Positions 1 to 13,199 of a stretch of 52,864 nt of DNA are shown here, one piece after another. The DNA is taken from assembly GCA_000320545.1 (NCBI GenBank), contig ADNK01002210.1:1-52864 (forward strand), read 5' to 3'. Numbering within the stretch: the stretch's first letter is position 1; each line of letters opens with the position of its first letter. The DNA is from Bigelowiella natans CCMP2755 (Eukaryota; Protista; Cercozoa). A program made the translations under genes and the position numbers. The notes beneath the pieces were generated by a model. That model did no database searches. It was given only the letters and a program-made list of their open reading frames with translations, and was not told where the DNA came from.

Positions 1-503
1 AAATACCACTACAAGAAGGATCGGGAGATTTTCCTGCTAAATAAAACCACAGAAAAAGAGTCTTTCAGAGGAATGAAGATAGTACTTGTGTAATGGAAAC
101 ACTGATTTATGTAAATGAATGCCATAATAAATGATAATCATCCAGTATCGATCCGCACCAAAATCCGTGCTCACTAGTCCTTGTGCTTGAATAACCTGAT
201 TAGTAGATGACACCCACACCCCCCCCCACACACACACACACATAAACATGCACATACAGACTATCATACATTGATTTATATTTGAAATGGATGATAATAG
301 TTATATTACCTTGATATGGATCCTAGCTTCACGTTTTCTTGGTGGTTGTCTCTTTGGCTGCCGAATTTGTCCCAATTGAACCCTTTGTAGTAACAAAGTT
401 GTAACATGTCATATTACGGATTTAAATCAGCAACAATCTTACATTGTATTACCAACATCCTCTATTCCTGTTATTTGTCCCTTGTCCCCCTTCCCCTCCC
501 ACC

Positions 504-582
<79 letters not shown>

Positions 583-2144
583 TAGTAGTAGTAATAATAA
601 TATAAATAATAATACACACCAACTCTCTCCCATACAAGTAGATATTATAATAAGATGAGGACAAGTATATAAACGAATTTTCTGCACATGCGACAAAGCA
701 GTAGCAGCAGAAGTAAGTCTGTAAGATGGTGATGATAACGTCTCCATCTTATACTCACTCATAGGTGACTGAATTAGTAGTGATGGTACCATCTTATACT
801 CACTACTCATGAGTGACTGTGAGTGAGTGAGTCAGTGAGTAGTGGTGGTAGTAAGTAGTAGTAATAGTAATAGTAGTAGTAGTAGTACCTAATGGATCAT
901 CTGGTGTCAAAAGGTCTTTATCAATCACAGCAAACTCTAATATCGGCCCTTCTGCATTTCTTTTGCTGCTGCTACTTCTACTAATTTCCGCTTCCCTTTT
1001 GCTATTCATCCTGCCGCCTTCTTCAGAGTTATCAAAATGTTTCATCTTTATGCTGCTGCTTCTACCACCTCCCAACACAACATTTGTGACGAATTCATGC
1101 AGTTGATGGTGCTTTGGCCCTGATATCATCATCATCATCATCATAAATTAAGACGATCTGCTCTTCAATATTTGTAATTTTGTTAGAAACAAAACATTTA
1201 ATGGGGCTACAGATGATGACACAACAAGCTAAGGTACAATCATAACACTCACTCTATATTTCTTTCTTTCATTAAGTTATTGATATCCTCTATACACGAT
1301 CGTCAGTATTATCATCATCTTATCATCATCAACAACATAGCAATTCGACATATTATGATCTATCAACTGTTACTACTATTATTATTAATTATTATTATTA
1401 TTATTATTACTACTACTACTACTACCGAGGTCGCGAGACCAACAAGGGGAGCGAGTGCTTGGAACGACATGAGTCTTCCCGATTATTTGCTGATAAAACA
1501 TCAACAACGCAGCAGTGCAACTTGTAAGAGATCTTGTATCTACACAAAACTCAGCAGCGTTATATATGCATATACATATTTATATCAGAGTATGCAAACA
1601 TACAAACGATATTCGACCTTCTTCGAGGTATTGGGCATGTGTAGAAATACCACTACAAAAGGATCGGGAGACTTTCCTGCTAAATAAAACCACAGAAAAG
1701 ACTCTTTCAGATGAATGAAGATAGTACTTGTGTAATGGAAACACTGATTATGTAAATGAATGCCATAATAAATGATAATCATCCAGTATCGATCCGCACC
1801 AAAATCCGTGCTCACTAGTCCTTGTGCTTGAATAACCTGATTAGTAGATGACACCCACACCCCCCCCCACACACACACACACATAAACATGCACATACAG
1901 ACTATCATACATTGATTTATATTTGAAATGGATGATAATAGTTATATTACCTTGATATGGATCCTAGCTTCACGTTTTCTTGGTGGTTGTCTCTTTGGCT
2001 GCCGAATTTGTCCCAATTGAACCCTTTGTAGTAACAAAGTTGTAACATGTCATATTACGGATTTAAATCAGCAACAATCTTACATTGTATTACCAACATC
2101 CTCTATTCCTGTTATTTGTCCCTTGTCCCCCTTCCCCTCCCACC

Positions 2145-2190
<46 letters not shown>
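1..2190. repeat. ~550 bp near-identical direct duplication (1-~548 and 1645-~2190)
   Basis: The copies read identical except for a few substitutions and indels in the first ~110 nt. Both end in the same (CT)n tract, after which the flanks diverge. Confidence 0.95.
889..2023 (-). CDS. C2 domain exons at the VPS13 3' end
   Basis: Exons 1951-2023, 1800-1836, 1618-1679, 1426-1489 and 889-1119 splice in phase to ...ARIHIK-VIQAQGLVSTDF-AGKSPDPFVVVFLHMPNTSKK-QIIGKTHVVPSTRSPCWSRDL...GPILEFAVIDKDLLTPDDPL, a canonical C2 pattern with conserved Asp residues. Confidence 0.82.
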
Positions 2191-2193
<3 letters not shown>

Positions 2194-2352
2194 TATCCGT
2201 AGTTTTATCACCTGAGAGCACTAATACGAACAGGTTCTCTCCTTTGCATTGCAGCTGCACGTTGTGCATCCAACGCTGACCGTTTCTTAATGTAACTTCG
2301 AGATGGCTGGGTCGTGCATCGTAACATCTTGACCAATTCAACATAAATCAAT

Positions 2353-2421
<69 letters not shown>

Positions 2422-4967
2422 AGAAAAGAGTAATAATGTAATAATAAATAACCTTTTCCTTTGACCAAGGCATCGCCGTCCTTTGTGCTAGCACCGCAGC
2501 GCTTGGATCTAAATGTGGAGGTGGAACATCAGATTGTTGTATTCCAAGTCTTTGTGATGATGATGATGATGATAGTCCAAAAGTCGGTCACGAGTGTTTC
2601 TTCTGTGCTTATATTTATTAAATTCGTCTCGGAATTTTGAGATACATAAGCATTTTGTATGAAACACGCATATATCATGTTGCTAGTATAAAAAAGTTGG
2701 GGAGTATTATATGCATATGTTTTATATATCATAATAATAATGTTGAGCACCGATTTGTATCTAAATAATGTTGTGGGTTCTTCTTTCTTACGAAATTAAC
2801 CACCACAGGACAGAAGTACACCATACATAATACATGTAGTACACATGCTTGCTGTAATGTAGTTTTTGTTGTGTAGCATGCTGTGTTTTCATCTACGTTT
2901 GATTCGTTGATTCCTGCCGTGTGCCACCCTTTCGACTATGACTCCCCGTCTCACAGATTCCTGAAGCTGTTTTGCGATGTTTCGCGCCTGAAAACAGAAA
3001 TTTGTTGTTGTTGTTGTTGTTGTTGTTGTTATATAAGCAGTTGGAGGTACATACTGCATGGTGTCTGTCATATGTATAGGTGAATATTCTGAGCTCGATT
3101 TACATCTCTGCTCTTTTCAGGTTGAAGCTTGAGCTGTGCCATGTTGGACGTGCGGTAGCGAGTTAAGATCTACGTTATTATTGCCATAACTTAATACCAA
3201 AGAACTTGAATATTCTCAACTACACTACTAATGACGATATTATACGGATGACTTCTGCTCTTTATATTTGCTATTGCCTTCCAGAGAATAATTTACAACT
3301 TGAAGGATGATAATGTCAATTAGTTGCCAATATCAACACACCTGGACAATTCCGGTGCGAAGGCGCACCTCGGCAATATCGCGTATCGGCAATACTTTGA
3401 TACGATCATATCGTAGACTGTGGGACAACAGAGAAGATGATGACATTGTCCTCATCATCATCAATGCTGCTTCCATCGGCGGAGCTATGACTCGCATTGA
3501 AACTAGAACAATGGAGTCGCGTACGAGCAATAGTATCTGGTCACATGATAGTGTAAATAAGTAGGTGCAAGAGGGATGGTGTTCTTCATTTTACACATAC
3601 CAACAAACGAGTGCCTTTCTAATCTCATGGACAGGTGTAGCGTGCAGCAAAATTTGTATAAATTTGGAGTACTTCAACCGTGTTATCATCTAAACTACTG
3701 GTGCTGCTGGTACCACCTTATTTCCTATTAGATTGTAGTAGTCGACTAGTGGCTGAGCCATCTGTTTCAAAGTAGTGGTAAAAGCAATAGTAGTAGGAGT
3801 AGTATCATTGCTCACAAGAGTAATAGGAAAGAATCATCAAAGATGCACAGCGACTCATATGAGGGATTTGTAAGAAATGAAATTCATCACTGTCTAATTT
3901 GGGCAGTACATATATGGCCCACAAAATATCATAGAAACTAGCAGCAGTAGTATGACCACAACACAAATATTACATTATATAATGTACTACCCCTGGCTCC
4001 CATGATGCACAGAAATAGGCAATAAGACGTGCACGTGCTCCATATTCTCTTTTGCTGTTTCTTTCTTCGTTGGTCATAATACTGCTACTGTCGATGACTG
4101 CTGGCTGCTGTTGCTGCGACTTGGAATTTCTTCCTACTACACCAATATCTTCCTCCATAGCAGCAAATCTTGCATTATGCATTCCAACCTAAAACGAGAA
4201 TCAAATTTATATAATGTCAACCTTTTGAATGATACATTGTTGGAGTTAAAGTATGTTGTCCTCATGACAATGGCGGTGGCGATTATATTATGATAACGGA
4301 CAATGATGATAACGAAGATGACTATAACAATTAATGTTATCTGCTTTATTATTTACTCTTGGCAGTCTTATTCTCCATGCCTCAGACCGAGGCAACTCAA
4401 ACTTAGACTCAACCTGTAGTAGGGAGGGAGTGAGGGAGGGAGTGAGGGAGGGAGGGAGACAACAACAGGTAGTAGGTAGAAGATGGTAAAGGATGATGAT
4501 GATGATGATGATGCATGGTAGTAATGGAGATTGGGTAGCACTCACCGCAAATAGAGAGGGAAGATCGCAAAGGGAATACTCTGGTAGTATCACACTCCCA
4601 CCGAAGTCGTCAAAGTAAAAAGGGGGGTGATGGTGGTGGTGGGGGTACTCAGAAGGAGTGGCAGGTGTCATCATTGACTTCGACGAGATCAGTAGAATAC
4701 AGAGAGAGAAGAATAACAAGAAGAAGAAGAAGAACAACAACAACAGCAACAAAGGTAAGAAAAAGAGCAAGAAGAAGAAGAAGATTCTTACGATGATGAA
4801 ATGATAATGATGATGATGATGATGATGATGAAATAATTGTAGAGATGAGTATCATACATAATACACATTATCGCAGTATCCAACGTTGTTTTCGGACAAG
4901 CATGAGGGTGATATACACACCTGTTGTTGTGGATTGAGATGTTGCGTACTACCAGCACCACCACCAG

Positions 4968-4999
<32 letters not shown>

Positions 5000-7900
5000 T
5001 TGGCATCGTCCTTCCTGTTCGTTGTCGCTGTGGCTGTATGTTCTCGACCTCTTCCGGCGAAATTGTTACCATTATTTACAGAGATAATAGCCCCTTCTCC
5101 TCCTCCTCCTCCTCCTCCTCTTCTCGAAGTCTGCCCTTGTCCCCTACTTCTCGATTGGTGGTGGTGCTGCTGCGTCCGTTTACGAGAAGCGAGATTGATG
5201 AATCGACGTAATCTGAAGGGCTTGAAGGTGCGCCTGATGTTTCGGAGTTTCGCCTTCGCTTCATGCCACGTGTTCTTGAAGAAATCACCCCCTCTGGAGG
5301 AGAATATTGAAGAAGAGCTGGGAAGAGGAGAAGGCTGCTGCCCCCCTTCCGCACTACTAGTACTATTACGACGACGACTACTATTGCCATCCTGTGCCTG
5401 TCGCAGATGATGATGGTGGGATGAAGAAGACGACACTTTCTTTCCACTTTTGTCGCCAAGATGATGACTATGGGTTGGAACTCGAATGTTGCGTTGATGT
5501 TGTTGCGAAAATGTGAAAGTAGGTGAATGTATCCTCTCGTGATGAAGGCTGTGGAGCTGCTGCTGCTGCTGCTGCTGCTGCTGCGTCTCGAAGATTGAAG
5601 GTTGACCGAGGGTTGTATCAATTGACCTGAGAGACATAGTTCCACGGGCCAATGTGAAGGTTCCTGGTAATCGAATGGCAAAGGGGGCGACACCACATGG
5701 AGGTGGTGGTTCACTATCTAAATCTGCTGCCTTACTCCTATCCTTCTGTAGCTCACTGCCTCCATGCTGATTATGCTCTGATTTATCAAGCCCCCCTTTA
5801 TCACGTTTATCAAATCCACTATCACCATCCTTCTCGTTGTTTGCAGTCCTATGGAGGGGGGAGCGACGCGACGGGTGGAAATTTCTGGGTACGTCACCGC
5901 TTTTATTCCTTCGAGTCGGTGATGATGTACTTAATGTGGCATGGTCGCCAGTGCTACCACTACCAATAATGGATCCCTCCCCTTCCCGTCGTACAGGGGA
6001 AATTCCTGAAGGGGATTTCTGGGGTAAACTAGAGCCGAACGAGAAGCGTGACGATCTTTTGCTCGATCTTCTAGACACACTTTGCTGTTTTTGTGGCTTC
6101 TTCTTCTTCAAATCACTCTTACTAGCGCCACTGCTTGCACGACCTTCAGCATCTAAGTTTAGGGATTGAAAGGGTGGTGGCATACTACTCGATGCAGCAG
6201 ATCTGTCTCCCCCCCCTTCCAATGGACGGTTCTGCGGCGAGGCGTTGGTACTTGGGTGCTGGGATTTTGAGTAGAACGAGTAGTATGGAGTTGTTGGCTG
6301 CGGATTGTTTTGTTCGCCGTCGTCACCGTTTTTGCCTTCAAGTACGACCATGCTATTCTTACTATTATTAGATTTACTTTCTTCTTTATTTTGTCCACCA
6401 CCACCAGCAGTAGCAGCAGCAGCAGTAGCAGCAGCAGCAGTGGCCTGCTTGGTAGTAGTTGATGTCATAATCCTTCTTGATGAGTGATCTGCAGCTATTG
6501 TTTGTTCTGAAGAGCCACGGTGTCCATTTTCATTCTGTAACGACGAGTTAGATCTGATTTCATTTTCGCGTGGAAGCGACATATTAGAGATTTTATATCC
6601 TCCTGCTGCCTTGAGATTATTGTGCGTATTCTCGTTGCCGTTTGTAGTAACGGCTCTACCAAACTCGGAAGAAACTTCTCCCACGTCATTGCCATTTACT
6701 TCAACATTATTCTTTTTATCACCTCCTCCTCCTTTCCTCATCTTATCTAAAATGTGTTGGAGGTCAAACCTTCTGCCTGTATCCATTTTCCTATCCGCAG
6801 CGTCTATAGCTACCATTTTATTCTTCGCAGTAGTCTTTGTTGCGGCTGCTGATGGAATATTGGTAGGGAGAAATGCGGCGCTGCTTACATTAGGTGGTGG
6901 TGGTGCTGTCGCTGCTTCCGAAGCAATCACTCTTTCCGCTACTGAGTAAAGCGTAGTTTGAAAGTAAAATTCGAAAACGTTTTCTAAAGTATCATTGGTG
7001 TTCCGCCATATGATAGGTGGCAAGCTAACCTCAACTCCCTCTCCAATACTACTGCTGCTGCTACTTCCTAGACCATATTCATTAAGAATGGAAAGGGCTT
7101 TCTCCGGTATTGCTCCCCCCATACGATCTATGAAGGGCGGCACGGCCAACATAACGTGTATAGGGGAGATTTCTATATGTTCAAAGTAGGTCTTCGCTTC
7201 TAGACTTCCCCGCGACTTTGTCATTTCATCGAGTGCAAAGTTACTTGAATCTACAGTCGAACCCCGCCCCGCCAATAACATCGCTCTATCATCTCTATCA
7301 TGATTATCATCATAAAAGGAATAGGTATCCTGCACGAAACATGTGGAATCGACGCCTCTGAGGAAAGATGAGGTCGAGCATTTGCGATGAAAATGGTCAT
7401 TCCCTCCGGGGTGATAATAGAACCTGCTGCTGCTGTGTCCATGCTGCTCCTTTTGTTTATGTGGGGGAAACCGTGAAAAATAACGGCGACGGTGGAAAGA
7501 GTTGAGCAAGGAAAAAGCCTCATCCGTCGCTTCGAACATGTGCTCTAACCACCACGGTTCTAAATTCAACTCTAGGGGCTGCAGTGCCACACCAAGGTAC
7601 TCAATACTGCGATGAACACCATGCCATCGCTGCAAGCTATATTCAGGAAAACTCTCTGGAAGCGTTCTCTGGGAAATAGATATTTGTACGACTGGCTGCA
7701 TTACCCCGTGCACACCACCCCCACCTGTACCTTCCCCATCGTCATCATGTAAGATTTGGGGAGAAGCAGTAGCAGCAGCAGCAGCAACAACAGAGGAAGG
7801 GTTAGTCTTCCTTAAAGGACGCATAATGACAGGGCTACCATTGCAAACATAGTCCATAAAGATGTTGCTGTTGTCGATCTGAAGGCTTTGTATCCCAATC

Positions 7901-9990
7901 CAGAAGATTTTCTTCGCGCATACTTCATTCTCGTTTGACCATTTTCTGCTTCTTCTCTTTCTTGTTGTTGTTCCTTCTCCTCTCCCTTCTATTCGTGGTG
8001 CTCCTGCCTCAGGAGGAGTTAGATGAGAAGAAATTGATGTAGGAACTAATAGGGAAGAGTTGTATGTAACGTGAAAAAGGTGAATGTACATTAGCTCGTG
8101 CTCAGTCTGTTGATAATAGTATTGGTAATGATGCTGCTGTTGGCGTCCATCATCTTCTAGATTTCTTCGGCTTTCCGACACTTGTCCCAACGTTTCACTG
8201 GCATCGCTCCCCCCCCCTTTGACACTTATCCCGAAGTCTGGCACTGAAACACTGACTTGAACCAAGCTCTGCTGCACCTTTTTCTGAGTCCATACCAGTC
8301 GCAACAACACGCTGTTACTTATTTTCTTCTTCTTCTTCTTCTTTCCCGGTGCTTCTGCTGCCCCCCCCTTTGTTTGTTCTCCGTTAGATAAGGAGAAGTA
8401 CATTTCCTCATCGACCTCGTCGTCATCATCATCATCACTGTTATCACTATCATCACTAGCACTATCCTCATTTATATCCTTGAATTCTTCCGCCGTGGTA
8501 TCTTTGTTAATAATGTCATCAGAAGAATCATCACGACTATTATAATAATAAGCTAGATCTTGGTTTCCTAAGATACCTAACCCCTTATCATCTCCTCCTT
8601 CTCCTTGCCTGGATTTGAACATATGTTTGCTCTGGTTCTTCTTCTTCTTCTTCTTCTTGTGCTTCTTGAGTTGCACCCACATTCTTAGAGGTTGCAATGT
8701 CGGGAAAGACTCTGTCTTACCTGGCGTAATGCATGCTGTTCCAATGATCTTCTTCTTCTCTTTGTCCTCCTCCTCCTCCTCCTCCATATCCAAATACTTG
8801 ACAAATTCAATGTTTAGTGGAGCATTCCGCATTTTGGTGTCGTAGTGGAATGTGACAGGCTTGTTAGTATCCCCCAGTGGTATTGTCTTAAAATTTGGCC
8901 CTGTGCTACTACACCGTTGCTTTCTATCCTTGCTGTCGTCGTCATCGTCGTAAGCATTATTATTCTTTTTATCACATGTAGCAGTATCGTCCTCTTCTTT
9001 AGAAGTACCAAACGAAAAGTGGCAGATATATGGTGTCGCCACCTGCAACGCATGCGTATCGTATATAGTGCCATTGATGTAGGCAGCCTCTATCGATACC
9101 TTCTCGATCATCACATCATCAATGAACACACAAACTATCAGATATATCCGACCACAACGAAGGGTAGAAAAATGTTACAATTGTTACCTCCAAAGATCCC
9201 CTTTCCATCCTCTGCTTGAGTTGATGCTTGGACGATGATGATGTTGAAGATAATGAGGCTTCCTTGCGTTCGGAGGAATGTTTTATACTCTTTCGTCTAT
9301 CTTCTTGTTCTTCTTCATCATCATTGAAAACTCCTCCTCTCCTCTGTTTCTTCTCCGTAACATCCTTCCCTATCGACAGCCCAGCGCCACTGGTGGTGGT
9401 GTGCTGCTTGTGTGCGTAGATTTGCTCATCTATTTGAGAGATGTCATCTTAAGAAGAGATAGGGAGGTAGGCAACAGAGGAAACAACAGTAATGTCAGTA
9501 TATGTTGTAGTGGGCTCGCACTGTAACAACGTCTGTATCTTATCCTATTATTTTAATCCAACTACTTCTTTTTCTCCCTCTCCTGTGTTTTCGCATTTAT
9601 AGTGGCAGCTGCCGTGTATTACGATCTAGTTGCTGAAGTTTCATACGCATTCCGTGGCACTTTTTAAAGGCCTATCATTTTAGTAGAAATCAATCAATCA
9701 ATCAATAATATTTGGGTGGAAACATTATAGTTATGTGACGATATTGTTAGAGTTGACGGTATAGTTAGAGTAATACTAAGATGTTGAATAATAAATAGGC
9801 GCAGAGAGCAATCATGTTATCTTCACGCAATAATGTGAGGATACAGCAAACTATTTGAACTTAAAAGATGCAGGAAAACACGCTATTTTAACTAAAACCA
9901 ACTATATGTATGAAAGATAACAGGACATAAAATCCCCCATCACCATCATCATCATCATCATTCTACTATTACAAGTGCTGCTGCTGCTAT

Positions 9991-10023
<33 letters not shown>

Positions 10024-11224
10024 CTCTTCCATCCTGGCAACATGCTCTTTCTTGAGGCTTACGATCAAATGGATATTACCTAAGAGATAATGGTGCATCA
10101 ATGATTATCACCAACGCGTATCAGAACGACGACAGGAAGGAAGAATGTGATATTGAGCAGGAAAAAGAGAAGGAGGAGGAGGAGGAGGAGGAGGAGGAGG
10201 ATAGTGATATTTTGGATTGAATACTGTGTTTGTTTGTTTTTGTCTCTGTGATGTTCTTAGCAGGTAAACGGAAAGCGTAGTGGTATTGCATTTTCTGTTA
10301 CCCTCCAAAAGTGCTGCAGAAGCTTCACGCTTGATTGGGGCTATTTTCTTGTCATGCAAATCGGGTATCATCTCTGCCAGATATAATTAATTAAAATATG
10401 TATACTATAGAGACTGTATACATAAATAGCATAAGAAGAAGAAAACAGAAAAATGCTTAAAGAACACCCACTACCATCTACCATCTCCTTTCACAATTCC
10501 ATTCACACACCATCCCAATATCTTCTCTCTCTGCTCCCCTCTCCCCCCTCTCCCTCTCTCTATCTCTCTCTCTCTCTCTTTGACTCAAAGAAGACATCTT
10601 GGTGCTTCAAACCGGATAAGTCAAAGCGCCCTTCTCCAAGCTCGTCGTCCCCATACGCGCTAATCTATATCCAGAAGAAATAGTACATTTTTAATGAAAA
10701 TTACAGTTAAAGAAGCTTTTTTCTGTCGTTGCTCCAAACAGCACCAAACGTAATTCAGTCATCATTATGATCTTTATCGTCATTGTCATCGTCATCTAAC
10801 CAAACCACATCACCACTCACCACCAGCGCTACAACTTACTACTACCTTTTGATATACTTTTACAATCAAGTAATGCTGCTGCGTCGGTTGTTGCTTCAAG
10901 CTTCGTCGTCTACGCGGGACCTACAGAAGAGGAGAAAATAGTGGGTTGTTCAAAACCTATTTATGAGTACCATTTGCTAAAGCTATATGATTAATGTATG
11001 GATGGTGTGATAGATGACAACAAGACGCTGCTATACAGTTTATGGTATTGCCGTCGTCATCACCTGGATTCTCATTTTGATAGTCTCTCCCATATCACAC
11101 TCGTAAGTAGGTAGAGACGACGTGTTGCGTATGTGAGAGGGGGAGTTTGTAGCAGCAGCAGCAGCAGAAGCAGCTTTAACACGTTTGACAGGATAATGTG
11201 CCGTCATCTTTGTCCTGTTAATTC

Positions 11225-11266
<42 letters not shown>

Positions 11267-11603
11267 GTAGTTTCTCTATCATCATCTTTCAACATGCAGG
11301 TGGTTACGGTGTGTGTGTGTGTGTGTGTGTGACGTACATATGGGGGGGATACTATATATCTGAAAGTAGTAGAATCGTCTCTTGCAGAGGGAGAGAGAGC
11401 GACAACATCATATTATTTCTTCAATCTTTTGTAATATCCTCCCTCCCAATCCCTTTGAATCTATGTTTTGGTTTTTCCAAGAACTTGATTCTTTGGCAAA
11501 TTTAACTAAAGAATCCGTTATGGTGAGCCGTCATCACTATTATGACCACTACCACTATTTGCACTACTGCTGCTGCTGCTGCTACAATTGCTATTTCTCA
11601 AGG

Positions 11604-11636
<33 letters not shown>

Positions 11637-12311
11637 TACTCTTGGTCGTTTCCCTGGTATTGTATGGCGCACCTTAATGGAGATGATCAACCAAAATAGA
11701 ATAATAATTATAATAACAACAACAATAACAATAACAATAACAATAATAATATACACGCATATAGAGAAGAGAGATATATAAAATAGAGACTGCTACGAAG
11801 AATAATGTATCATTATGATTGTGGTGATTTAAGCGCCGTCATTCCATCCTTTACTCCCAATAACAGTCAAATAATGACACGATGACATCCTGCTATTTCT
11901 ATTTCTACTACCACTCACTTACATCCACCACTACTACTACTACAACTAACAAACTGCTACATGAGCATCATATTGCTGCCGGAAGAATGGTCCAATTTAG
12001 AGGATGATGAACCACCCTTCGAGGAAGCCATAACGATCTTTTATAACAACAGATTGTGAAAACAAGTTACATTTCTTTACTAGATCTGCCATAGAGAACT
12101 GATCTAGGTAATGTTCGTCTTCATAGATGATGATAATAATGATGATGATAATATGAATATGACAGTTTCAGGTCTAACCCCGCTTATCTTGTCGACACGA
12201 ATATGCAGAACGTGGTTTTCTGCCTCTGCTGATTTGTGCTTTTTCTTGAATAATCTGTGTATAATCAACGCATGTTTGTAGAAATGAATTTACTGAGTGA
12301 AAGAGTGTGTA

Positions 12312-12345
<34 letters not shown>

Positions 12346-13167
12346 TGTGCTAAATATAAATAACTGCAATGGTGACTACTGTTTTTTCGGTAGTAGTCGT
12401 AGCAGCAGCAGCAGTAGCGTTCTCTCTAACAGCAACGCTGTTGACCTTACTGTCATCCTTTTCTTTGGATGCTTGATAATCGACTTTCTCCGTGATATTC
12501 TGTCACTATATTTAAACAACAACATACTAAACCGAAGATATATGTAAATAGACGATTTTACGGCAACGTGACGATATCTTATACTTTAAATTAATGCTGA
12601 TAACAATAATAATTATCGGTTAGAAAGACACATCAATTAATCGTCACGGTATGAAATATCCTCATTCCTTCCACGCACCTTGCGAACATTTGCTCTGTTT
12701 CTACACGATTTTGCAACTCTTTCTGCTCCATCTCGAGCTCTTTAAGTTCTGTAGCCACAATAACCTTTTGATTCCTCAGCTTATTCCTCGTGTTCTTTAA
12801 CATGTTCAGCCACTCAAACATGTCGCCGCCTTGGAGACGGGGTGTCTTGAGATTTAGTATAGGAGGAGTTCCTGATTTCCCCCCCAATCCTTTTGCTCCA
12901 GACTCACGGACCGCAGAGAGGATAGATGCTTCGATATCCTTGCTCACACTCCTATGTTGTTGTTGTTGATGATGATGATGATGATGCTGATGACAAGAGG
13001 GTAGTGCAACAATAGAATCGGCGCTGCTGCCCTCTTTAAACTTTTTCGTCGTTCATTGACTAATGCCCCAATAATACCATCTTACCATCATCATCATCAT
13101 CATCATCATTTTCTTTATCATATTTACTATATTGTAACTACTAGTATAATTATACAACTGGTACTAT

Positions 13168-13199
<32 letters not shown>

